From IMG/VR virus record IMGVR_UViG_3300025114_000001, positions 1-60,475 of that record: a stretch of DNA of 60,475 bases; one strand, 5' to 3'. The first letter of the stretch is position 1; each line of letters begins with the position of its first letter. This document shows, piece by piece, positions 1-8,760 of this stretch. The position numbers and the translations under genes are program-made. Below the pieces are notes generated by a model. That model did not search any database. It saw only the letters and a list, made by a program, of their open reading frames with translations, and had not been told where the DNA came from. This DNA comes from a virus (Duplodnaviria > Caudoviricetes).

Positions 1-1
1 C

Positions 2-1330
2 ACGACGCTTGGTGTTGGTACTGGCGACAGTCCACAGTTTACTGGTCTTACCTTGACTGGTGATTTGTTCGTCAGTGGATCAACAGTAACTGTTGATGCA
101 ACGACCATTAATATCTCCAGTTCGTTCACTTTCGAAGGCCCAGCAGACGCGCACGAAACAACATTTCATGCTGGCACACCAACAACAGATTTGACAGTTT
201 ATTTGCCGCAGTTTTCTGCATCAGCGGGTACACAGTCATTCTACCTTCCAGCTCTTATCGATGCTCCAACGGATGCATCTTCGAAGGTAACTGCGGCTGA
301 GTTTGCTCTCCTTGACGGTGACACAGCCCGCGGCGCCACCGCGGTTGCCGATGGCGACGGCATCCTTACCAACGATGGCGGAACTATGAGGCAGACGTCT
401 GTTCAAACGTTCCAGACTTATTTCGATGCCAACTCAGTTGGTGGTGGAAACATGGTCACCGTGGGCGCCTTAGACTCAGGTAGTATCACTAATGGATTTG
501 GTGGTATTAATATTGGAACCAGCGCACTTTCAGCAGGCGCCGGCACCCTCAGCTCACTTAGTGTCGGTGACGGCGACATCACGAATGTTGGAGACATCAG
601 TTGTGATAGTGTTAGTGTCGACGCCGCAGGTACAGGCCTCAACATCGATTTCAGCGGCGGCAATACTGCCACCAATGCAATCACTCTTGCCGACAACCTC
701 GCGAACGCGCTAGAAGTAGTCGAGGGTACCACTTCCTACTTGAAGTTTATCACCACCAATGGGAGCGAACAAGTTGTTTTCGGACAGAACTCTACCTTCG
801 CGTCGACAACGATTGCTGACTTGGGCACTGTTTCAGCAGCGACTTCAATAACTGCTACTGATTTAATTGGTACCAACATTGATGGTGTCATTGGCGGCGG
901 CACCCCTCGCGCTGGTACTTTCACCACACTTGATTGTACTGATCGCGCTTTCGCAGTTGTGAATCTCGACATCAGTGGCAGTACAGATATTGGCGCTGAT
1001 CTCGCAGATGCTGACCTCCTTGTTGTCGACGACGGTGCTGGTGGTACGAACAGGAAGTGTGCCATCAGCAGACTAAAGAAGTACATTGGTAGTGCCACTG
1101 TCGAAGACCGCTTCACCGGTACTGCAGTTGCAGCCAATGCAGAATTCGCGGCTGGATATTATTCATCCGAGACCCCTGCCTCCACCGGCTCCGTATCAGT
1201 CTACTTCAATGGTTTGATGCAGTCACAGGGCACTGACTATACGATTACCACCACGGGCGTGATTACACTGGCCAACGATAACTCGCTTAGTACAGAGGAC
1301 GAGGTTGTTCTCAAATATATTAAGCAGTAA
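2..1330 (+). CDS. Tail fibre/virion structural protein, 5'-truncated by the window edge
   Basis: The frame is open from base 2 (TTLGVGTGDSPQFTGLTLTG...). The protein is Gly/Thr/Ala/Asp-rich with beta-repeat character and ends in VYFNGLMQSQGTDYTI, typical of phage fibre/baseplate proteins. It lies just upstream of the sheath gene. Confidence 0.7.
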   Translation, partial: TTLGVGTGDSPQFTGLTLTGDLFVSGSTVTVDATTINISSSFTFEGPADAHETTFHAGTPTTDLTVYLPQFSASAGTQSFYLPALIDAPTDASSKVTAAEFALLDGDTARGATAVADGDGILTNDGGTMRQTSVQTFQTYFDANSVGGGNMVTVGALDSGSITNGFGGINIGTSALSAGAGTLSSLSVGDGDITNVGDISCDSVSVDAAGTGLNIDFSGGNTATNAITLADNLANALEVVEGTTSYLKFITTNGSEQVVFGQNSTFASTTIADLGTVSAATSITATDLIGTNIDGVIGGGTPRAGTFTTLDCTDRAFAVVNLDISGSTDIGADLADADLLVVDDGAGGTNRKCAISRLKKYIGSATVEDRFTGTAVAANAEFAAGYYSSETPASTGSVSVYFNGLMQSQGTDYTITTTGVITLANDNSLSTEDEVVLKYIKQ

Positions 1331-1368
1331 CATCCTTTCCCCCTAACTCTTTGAATTCCCACCAAATT

Positions 1369-1410
1369 GGTCCCGGCTTCGGCCGGGACCTTCTTTTCTT
1401 TCTTTTATTC
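1369..1410 (+). terminator. Rho-independent terminator
   Basis: Perfect hairpin GGTCCCGGC-TTCG-GCCGGGACC (cUUCGg tetraloop) followed by a T-rich tract. Confidence 0.9.
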
Positions 1411-1427
1411 TTTTGAAAAAATCTAAA

Positions 1428-1439
1428 ACTATTTATTAG
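1428..1439 (+). promoter_or_regulatory. Putative late promoter motif ACTATTTATTAG
   Basis: Upstream of the sheath gene with no -35 box; the same CTATTTA core recurs before other probable late genes. Confidence 0.6.
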
Positions 1440-1489
1440 AGTAATAATTTACTTTTTTAATAAAGCCTGAATCAAGGAGATTTGTTGAT

Positions 1490-4342
1490 ATGTCTGCAAA
1501 GAAATTTAAGTTTGTCTCACCCGGTGTCTTTCTCAGTGAGATTGATAATAGCCAGTTACCAAAGCAACCAGGGGGCGTCGGCCCAGTTGTTATTGGTCGT
1601 ACCCGCCGCGGCCCGGCACTAAAGCCAGTAAAAGTTAGCTCTTTTCAAGAATTTGTTGAGATCTTCGGAGAACCTGTCCCCGGTAATGAAGGGGAAGATC
1701 CATGGAGAGATGGAAATGGTCTATTGGCTCCTGCTTATGCCCCGTATGCGGCTCAAGCTTATTTGAAAGCAGATATAAATTCCCCAGTAACTGTTATTCG
1801 CTTGCTTGGTGTCCAGGGCGATGATGCTTCAGAGTCTGGCGGCGAACCCGGCTGGGCCCTAGATTCATCCGGTGCTGCCATCGGCCTGTTCGTCGCAGCC
1901 AGTGCATCTGCAATGACGGCCTCCTTGGCTGGTGTTGTTTACACCACCGAAGATGCTTTCGAAGTTGGCGTCAGAGGTACTGGATATACATCGAACACGA
2001 CAATCACACAAAATGCGACAGCGTCAGGCGCCGCAACCACAGTTGAACCAGTTAAAATTACAAATGATTCTTTCAAGCTGAGGCTCAAATCGAGCCTAGG
2101 CGAGCTAATAAAAACGGTCTCTTTTCAAGAAGGCGCAAAATATATAAGAGATGAGTTAAACACAAACCCTGTTGCAACCAACAGTTATATTATGACCCCT
2201 CCTTCCTCTTCCTTGGCTTCTAAATATTGGCTTGGAGAAACTTTTGAAGAGGAGTACGAAAGAGTAAAGAGAAAGTCAACAGCCGGCTCTCTTATCGTCT
2301 TTCCTGTGCGATTAGTAAACCTGATGGCCGATTTTAAAAGTAGTTCGCACGGCCTAGCAGCCGCATCATCAGGCTGGGCTATACCACAATATACTGATGA
2401 CTCGGCAAGTTTTAATCCTGCAGCTCTTGGAAAGCTCTTTAGATTCCACGCTATCCAAGAAGGGGAGCAGGGAATGGACTTGAATATAAAAATTGAGAAC
2501 ATAAAGATTGCAGATCCCGGTAACCCGTCACCTTATGGTCGCTTCGACGTTGTTATAGAACAGAAAAGAGGTGGCCGCATCTATCCGGTCGACAGTTACG
2601 AAAATCTTAATCTAAACCCCAACTCAAATGATTTTATTGCTCGAAGAATTGGAGATCAGTATTTTCAGTGGGATGGAATACAAAAGAGAAATAAAGTTTA
2701 TGGAAGTTACCCGAATCAATCCAATTATGTTCGAGTTGAAATGGACTCAGGGGTTGGGGAAAATGGTCCTTCAAATCCGAAGTTGGTGCCTTTTGGTTTT
2801 CTCGGCCCTATTGTCCCAGTTAGTTCCACCGGCTCCACGGCGGCAGGCATCTCCACCCATTCTACCTCCTGGGCAACTGGTTCAATCTCCGGTAGTGCTC
2901 TGACCGGCTTAAAACTGGCTTGGCCAGAATCACCGCATGTTATCACTGGCTCAACGGGAGTTGATCTTGCGGCAAAGTATATTATGGGAAGTACACAATA
3001 TAATAAAGACTCAGGGGGCACCCCCAACTTCTCATCTGCCAACAAAGGTATGAAAGACTATCTTCGAAGATATGGAAGTTTCGCTGGACTAGTTTCCTCC
3101 CAAGTATCTGGCCTCGCCACCGCCACCTCTACAAAACATTCTTACGTCTTTTCGTTGGACGACGTAATCATCACAGGTGCGACCACAGCAAATATAGGGG
3201 ATCTTTCAGAATATGCCCCCAGTGCTGTGGTATTTACAAGTGGCTCACATGCCGCCGGTACCGCATACACCTCCCTTTCCAGTGGCTCGGCCGCATCCTT
3301 GACTAGTCTTGTCAGTAGTTTCTCTATGCCTCTGGCTGCCGGCAGCGATGGAGTTGATATTACAGAAGCAGATCCATTTAATATGAGAGTCATCGGTACT
3401 GATTCTACTACTAAAAACAGCTATGCCCACGCTTCAGTCGACCGAGCCATTGAACTGATTCGCGACCCCGAAGCCTTAGAAATGAATCTTGCTGTTATGC
3501 CTGGTATTACGAAAGAGGCTCTGACAACTAAACTGATTCAGGTTTGTGAGGCCAGAGCCGACGCGCTCGCAATAATTGACCTTCCAAACATATATGTACC
3601 GCCAGCAGAAGCTATCTGCACCAACTTTCAAGACAGAGTTGATGGCACCAATCCGGAAAAGAGTGCTAAGGCACTCACAGCACGCCAGCTAAATTCAAGC
3701 TATGGTGCAGCTTACTACCCATGGGTAAAGGTTAGAGACACTGTTAATGATCGAGATGTCTGGGCTCCACCTTCTGTTATTGCCCTCGGCGTCATGGGAT
3801 ATACCGAACAGCGCGATGAAGTTTGGTTCGCCCCTGCTGGATTCAACCGCGGTGGCCTTAACGAAGGAAACGCAGGCCTCCCTGTTTTGCAGGCTTCAGA
3901 GCAATTGCTCTCTTCACAGCGGGATACTCTGTATGAAGCAAATATTAACCCAATCGCATCCTTTGTCTCAGAGGGTCTGGTTGTATTTGGTCAAAAGACG
4001 CTTCAGCTAACGCCTTCGGCTTTGGACAGGATTAACGTTCGTCGATTGCTAATCTTCGTGAAGAAAGAAGTATCTAGGATTGCAAATGGCTTGTTGTTCG
4101 ACCAGAATGTTCCAGCAACTTGGAACCGGTTCACTGGTCAAGTGGTGCCACTTCTTGAGAGCGTAAAAACTCGCCTAGGATTGTCTGACTTCAAGGTCGT
4201 ATTAGATAAGACGACTACAACACCTGACCTTATTGATAGAAATATCATGTATGCGAAGATTTTCTTGAAGCCAGCTCGCGCAATTGAGTTCATTGCAGTT
4301 GATTTTGTTATAACGAGAACCGGAGCTTCTTTTGACGACTAA
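1490..4342 (+). CDS. Contractile tail sheath protein (gp18-like)
   Basis: N-terminal FVSPGVFLSEID; C-terminal YYPWV, WFAPAGFNRG, LYEANINPI, FGQKTLQ, RINVRRL and KPARAIEFI sheath motifs. Confidence 0.95.
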   Translation: MSAKKFKFVSPGVFLSEIDNSQLPKQPGGVGPVVIGRTRRGPALKPVKVSSFQEFVEIFGEPVPGNEGEDPWRDGNGLLAPAYAPYAAQAYLKADINSPVTVIRLLGVQGDDASESGGEPGWALDSSGAAIGLFVAASASAMTASLAGVVYTTEDAFEVGVRGTGYTSNTTITQNATASGAATTVEPVKITNDSFKLRLKSSLGELIKTVSFQEGAKYIRDELNTNPVATNSYIMTPPSSSLASKYWLGETFEEEYERVKRKSTAGSLIVFPVRLVNLMADFKSSSHGLAAASSGWAIPQYTDDSASFNPAALGKLFRFHAIQEGEQGMDLNIKIENIKIADPGNPSPYGRFDVVIEQKRGGRIYPVDSYENLNLNPNSNDFIARRIGDQYFQWDGIQKRNKVYGSYPNQSNYVRVEMDSGVGENGPSNPKLVPFGFLGPIVPVSSTGSTAAGISTHSTSWATGSISGSALTGLKLAWPESPHVITGSTGVDLAAKYIMGSTQYNKDSGGTPNFSSANKGMKDYLRRYGSFAGLVSSQVSGLATATSTKHSYVFSLDDVIITGATTANIGDLSEYAPSAVVFTSGSHAAGTAYTSLSSGSAASLTSLVSSFSMPLAAGSDGVDITEADPFNMRVIGTDSTTKNSYAHASVDRAIELIRDPEALEMNLAVMPGITKEALTTKLIQVCEARADALAIIDLPNIYVPPAEAICTNFQDRVDGTNPEKSAKALTARQLNSSYGAAYYPWVKVRDTVNDRDVWAPPSVIALGVMGYTEQRDEVWFAPAGFNRGGLNEGNAGLPVLQASEQLLSSQRDTLYEANINPIASFVSEGLVVFGQKTLQLTPSALDRINVRRLLIFVKKEVSRIANGLLFDQNVPATWNRFTGQVVPLLESVKTRLGLSDFKVVLDKTTTTPDLIDRNIMYAKIFLKPARAIEFIAVDFVITRTGASFDD

Positions 4343-4395
4343 TAATCGTTAAAAACCGGTGCAGAATAATATATACTAATAGGAGATATAAAATA

Positions 4396-4959
4396 ATGGC
4401 ATTTTGGAGTGAAAAAACAGTCGAGCCAAAGAGGAAGTTTAGATGGCTTCTTTATTGGTCTGGAGTACCACAATTCGTGGTAAAGAGCGTAAAGAAGCCA
4501 GGATATGAAGTAGGTGTTACACCTCATCAGTTTTTGAATTATGAATTCAATTATCCAGGTCGAGTAAAGTGGAAGCCAATTGACATTGTAATTGTTGATC
4601 CAGTAAACCCCGACTCAACTAAAAGCCTTTATAAGATTTTAGAGAACTCTGGGTACGTAATCCCTAGTAACTACCAGCAGGCCGCTGCAGCCACTATTTC
4701 CAAGCAGGGAATGGTAGACGCTCTGGGCACAGAGATAAAGCTCACACAGCTTGATGCTGACGGTGTAAACGCCATTGAGACTTGGGTTATAAAGAATCCA
4801 TTGATAACTTCGGCAGAGTTTGACCAACTGGATTATAGCGCAGATGAGTTGTTGAATATTTCTGTTAGCATAACTTACGATTATGCGACACTAGAAGGCC
4901 TTGGCCAAGGACCGCACAATAACACTGGCGGAGACCTTTGGACCTTCAACAACAAATAG
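4396..4959 (+). CDS. Tail tube protein (gp19-like)
   Basis: Follows the sheath; EPKRKFRW, YPGRVKWKPI, DPVNPD and LDY...ITYDYA motifs. Confidence 0.9.
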   Translation: MAFWSEKTVEPKRKFRWLLYWSGVPQFVVKSVKKPGYEVGVTPHQFLNYEFNYPGRVKWKPIDIVIVDPVNPDSTKSLYKILENSGYVIPSNYQQAAAATISKQGMVDALGTEIKLTQLDADGVNAIETWVIKNPLITSAEFDQLDYSADELLNISVSITYDYATLEGLGQGPHNNTGGDLWTFNNK

Positions 4960-4982
4960 AAAAGTAAACAAAAAGAGGAAAA

Positions 4983-5876
4983 ATGTCAAGAAATTCTAGA
5001 AGAACACGGATACCTAAGTCTGTTGAACCCCCCGCGGCAAAACCCCAACCAAATGTCATCCCCCCTGCACAAAAAGAAAAGCCCAACCCATTCGGGCTTT
5101 CTTTTGCTGTGGAAACAGAGATAGTTCATCTCCCTAGCGGAGGAAACTTTTATGATGAGGGCAGCGCTTTAAACGGTATAGAAACCGTTGAGATAAAGGC
5201 CATGACGGCCAAAGAAGAGGATATTTTAATAAATGAAAGCTTTATTGAACAGGGTTCTATCTTTGACCGCCTAATAGATTCACTAATGATCACTCCCGGC
5301 ATCCAAGCCCAGGAGTTGTTAGACTGCGATAAAGTCGCTATACTAGTCTCAGCAAGAAAAACAGGCTATGGTAATACTCTGGAGGTAAGCCATGATTGTG
5401 AGGACTGCGGCAAAACAACTGATGTAAGCTTAGATTTGTCAAAAATGCTTGAAAACGCAAAGGAAGGCAAGTTTGAGATAGAGGATACTGAAGAGTGGCA
5501 GTATGATAGGACAAGCAAAACTTTCATGGTTAACCTCCCAGTAACTGAGATACAGGCAAGAATTAAACTTCTGACGCCTTCAGACGTGAAATATTTACAG
5601 CAAGCAAAGAAGCAAAAAGAAAAATTAAGTTTACCATATAACGAAACAATTGAATTTGTTAGGAAAGTGTTGGTCTCGGCAAACGACGTCGTTGATCCCG
5701 CGCTTCTTACTTCTTTACTAGACGTACTCCCTGCAGCCGATGCAAGGAGAATTAAATACGTACATAATGTAAACATCCCAGCCTTTGACACGAAGCAGGA
5801 GATCTCTTGCTCAAACTGTTCTGCAAGAGCGGAAAAGGAGGCGCCCTTCTCTGTGGGCTGGTTTTGGTCTATCTAA
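4983..5876 (+). CDS. Tail/baseplate hub assembly chaperone (gp26-like)
   Basis: LPSGG..Y, MTAKEEDIL, ARKTGYG, two CxxC pairs and C-terminal WFW; sits between tube and tape measure genes. Confidence 0.75.
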   Translation: MSRNSRRTRIPKSVEPPAAKPQPNVIPPAQKEKPNPFGLSFAVETEIVHLPSGGNFYDEGSALNGIETVEIKAMTAKEEDILINESFIEQGSIFDRLIDSLMITPGIQAQELLDCDKVAILVSARKTGYGNTLEVSHDCEDCGKTTDVSLDLSKMLENAKEGKFEIEDTEEWQYDRTSKTFMVNLPVTEIQARIKLLTPSDVKYLQQAKKQKEKLSLPYNETIEFVRKVLVSANDVVDPALLTSLLDVLPAADARRIKYVHNVNIPAFDTKQEISCSNCSARAEKEAPFSVGWFWSI

Positions 5877-6027
5877 AGAGTATCTTGAGAAGGGTACCTA
5901 CGAAGAAATCTACATCCTCATAAAGCATGGAAATTGGTCTTTTACTGAGTCTTATAGTTTGCCAATTCAATTAAGGCACTGGTTTGTCGAGAGGTTGGCT
6001 AAAGACCATACTGAGAAACCAGAATAA
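5863..6027 (+). CDS. Probable +1 frameshift extension of the tail chaperone (FGLSKEYLEK...WFVERL)
   Basis: Protein-like +1 frame with no RBS or start near its beginning; overlaps the TGG-TTT-TGG end of the upstream gene. Confidence 0.6.
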   Translation, partial: FGLSKEYLEKGTYEEIYILIKHGNWSFTESYSLPIQLRHWFVERLAKDHTEKPE

Positions 6028-6121
6028 TAAACCCACCATCCTACCTATTTAGATATGTAATCTAGTTGCATTTGCTCCCATTTATTGGAGCCGCGCATCT
6101 CATAACCCAAGAGGATTTGTC

Positions 6122-7708
6122 ATGGGGGACAATAAAAAACAGCTAGCTGCAGCGCGCGCCAAAGAGAAAAAGGCCGCCGCAGACAACAAAAAGCTTCTTG
6201 CCCGCGTCAAAAAGCTAGAACGCGGCACGTCGAAAACTGCCAAAGATGCAGCCGACGGGGCCAAGAAATCTATTAATACGCTAAGTGAAGCCATAGATGC
6301 CCTCGCTAAGCCAACAGAAGAAGTTCTGCAGGGATTCACGGCGCTGGTTGCGTCATCAGCCGAATTCCAAAAACAAAATCAAAAGTTTTTCCAAGCTGGT
6401 TACACTGGCCAGATGTTTAGCTTTTCTGATGCTATTAGCACAGCAAACAAGGCTAGCCTCGACTTAAACGGAAATCTTTCAGCAGGCGCCACCGTGGCTA
6501 CAGCATTTCGAGATAAGACTATGGCTGTGGCTGTGGCATCAAAAGGCTTAACTGATGCTCTGATGACATCCGGCGTTGCCCTGCAGGGCGCGGGGTTTGA
6601 CATGAATACCTTTGCTGAAATAGTAGATTCAGCAGCCTTCGCTTTTAATAAGAATGAGTCAGGAATAAAAGGCCTTACAGCTACCCTCATAAATGTTCAG
6701 AGAGAAATACCAGTTTCTGGTAGGGTTTTAGCAGATAATTTTCGTTTTGCGCAAAAGAATTTTGCTTATTCTTCCGGCAAGATGATGGACAACTTCATTG
6801 GGTTACAAAAGATGTCAGTTACGACAGGTGTCAGTTTTGAAGGACTCACCACCGCTTTTGGATCCAGTATGGACACTTTCCAGGGCTCTGCAGAAAAGGC
6901 CGGCAAGCTAAACCAGATTCTGGGCAAGTCAGCCTTCAACAGTATGGAGTTGCTGACCATGACAGAAACAGAGAGAGCAACAAAAATTAGATCTGCAATT
7001 ATGGAATCTGGTCGTTCAATTGAGGATATGGGTAAGTTCGAATTAATTGCGTTGCAGAAAACAATAGGTTTAGGTAGTATGGAAGACACAAGAAAGTTTC
7101 TTAGAGGCGATCTAAAAATAGATGAAAAGAAAGCGCTAAAGGAAATAGAAGCTAAAGATCCAACATCACTAAAAGGAAAGCAGCTAAATGCTACGCTGGA
7201 TGCTTTGCGCGCCGGCATAGACCGCACCCGCCCTGCAGCCGACCGTTTTCACATCGGACTTTCAAGAATGAGTGTTGCAGCTGCTCGGCAGGTCGTCAAC
7301 ACGGACGCTGCCACCGGGAAGCTTAAAAAACTCGGCCTGACTATCGACCAAATATTACCGGCTTTCTATGAACTTGGCCTAGGTGGTGCGACCATGGTCG
7401 CTGACCCTCATTCCGCCACTGGATTAAGCCGTAGAGACCATACTGCAATAGATAAGACAGTTAAAGCAATTGAAAAATCTTTTCCAAAAGCCCTGCAGCC
7501 TTATGCAAAGATCTTCGCTGCCGCTGGACTCTCAAATTCAAAAACCGCCCAGGGATTGTTGATAGCGACTAACAAATTTGTGGATGCATTCAGCATGGGA
7601 AACCTCGATAAGCTTGTTAAATCTGCCCAGGCCCAGGTCATTAACGTATACGTTGATGGCAAGCTAACCGATAGCAAAACAGTGACCACAAGGGCGGAAA
7701 CGAAATGA
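6122..7708 (+). CDS. Tape measure protein
   Basis: Ala/Lys-rich helical protein after the chaperone and before the baseplate genes; C-terminal INVYVDGK motif. Confidence 0.75.
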   Translation: MGDNKKQLAAARAKEKKAAADNKKLLARVKKLERGTSKTAKDAADGAKKSINTLSEAIDALAKPTEEVLQGFTALVASSAEFQKQNQKFFQAGYTGQMFSFSDAISTANKASLDLNGNLSAGATVATAFRDKTMAVAVASKGLTDALMTSGVALQGAGFDMNTFAEIVDSAAFAFNKNESGIKGLTATLINVQREIPVSGRVLADNFRFAQKNFAYSSGKMMDNFIGLQKMSVTTGVSFEGLTTAFGSSMDTFQGSAEKAGKLNQILGKSAFNSMELLTMTETERATKIRSAIMESGRSIEDMGKFELIALQKTIGLGSMEDTRKFLRGDLKIDEKKALKEIEAKDPTSLKGKQLNATLDALRAGIDRTRPAADRFHIGLSRMSVAAARQVVNTDAATGKLKKLGLTIDQILPAFYELGLGGATMVADPHSATGLSRRDHTAIDKTVKAIEKSFPKALQPYAKIFAAAGLSNSKTAQGLLIATNKFVDAFSMGNLDKLVKSAQAQVINVYVDGKLTDSKTVTTRAETK

Positions 7709-8385
7709 GCTTTACAGATTTTAATAAAATAGCAGAAAGCAAAAATCAAGTAGTAGTTATCAAACATGTCGCAACCGGCACTAGCGTAAGTTTTGCAGCC
7801 TTCTTAACAGAATATACTGACAATTACCAGGTCCAGTGGGGCAACGAGCAAGTTTTCGGCCGAAATGATCCAATAAAACCATACCAGTCAACCACGCGCC
7901 AAATGCAGATTGGCTTTGACGTTCTATCACATAATTTTGAAAATGCTAAAGAAAATCTTAACAAATTTCAAACTTTAGTTAAAATGCTCTATCCCGTATA
8001 CAGTGCCCCACTTAGTGGCGAAGGCGGCTCTGTTGGGAGAACAATTAAGGCACCACCACTTCTTTGGGTTAAGTTTGTCAACTTTGTTCAAGCAGCCAAC
8101 GGCCAGGACGCCTTACTTGGATGCATTGAAGGTCTCGATTTTAATCCTGCCAAGGAGGCTGGTTATTTTATCGAGAAATCAGGTGAAATTTTTCCAAAGC
8201 ATTTTAATATTAGTTTTAGATTTTCACCACAGCACGAGGATCCATTGGGCTGGGACGCGACCACAAAAGAGTTTATAACAGATACTTTCCCGTATTCTGC
8301 CGCGCCAACTGTCATTGAAAATACCAACAGCGGCGGACAAAATAAAAAATTAAATGATGCTGAAACTGCTCGGTCTCTAGAGTAG
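7705..8385 (+). CDS. Baseplate/tail tube initiator protein
   Basis: FGRNDPI..YQSTTR, LYPVY, IKAPPL and FPK motifs; directly follows the tape measure gene. Confidence 0.65.
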   Translation: MSFTDFNKIAESKNQVVVIKHVATGTSVSFAAFLTEYTDNYQVQWGNEQVFGRNDPIKPYQSTTRQMQIGFDVLSHNFENAKENLNKFQTLVKMLYPVYSAPLSGEGGSVGRTIKAPPLLWVKFVNFVQAANGQDALLGCIEGLDFNPAKEAGYFIEKSGEIFPKHFNISFRFSPQHEDPLGWDATTKEFITDTFPYSAAPTVIENTNSGGQNKKLNDAETARSLE

Positions 8386-8411
8386 GGCACAGTAAGAGAG
8401 GTTAACTTACT

Positions 8412-8759
8412 ATGGCAAATAGAAACATATACAGAGATTTTTTGATTACCGATTCGAAGCTAAGAGAAAACATTCATGACAGAAAGTTCACTGATGAAAT
8501 AACAATTTTATCACGAATGCTGCCAAGTGAGCCGACAGAAGAAGAATTAAAAAATGACTTGACACACGTCCAAAGAATTTATACAATGGGAGATAGGCTT
8601 TATAAATTCGCCTATGAATATTATGGTGACGTAGATTATTGGTGGGTTATCGCATGGTATAATAACAAGCCCACCGATGGCCATTTTGAAATTGGAGATG
8701 TAGTGTATATTCCCAGAGAACTCGACGTGGCCATCAGAATCGCGACAAGAGAAAGATAA
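8412..8759 (+). CDS. LysM-like baseplate wedge protein (gp53-like)
   Basis: GDRLYKFAYEYYGDVDYWWVIAWYN...GDVVYIP pattern. Confidence 0.8.
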   Translation: MANRNIYRDFLITDSKLRENIHDRKFTDEITILSRMLPSEPTEEELKNDLTHVQRIYTMGDRLYKFAYEYYGDVDYWWVIAWYNNKPTDGHFEIGDVVYIPRELDVAIRIATRER

Positions 8760-8760
8760 A

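Noticed and set aside
5785-5862. TTG-started N-terminus of the 80-aa ORF in the track
   Set aside because: It overlaps the CxxC region of the upstream gene and has no RBS; a frameshift extension explains the ORF better.
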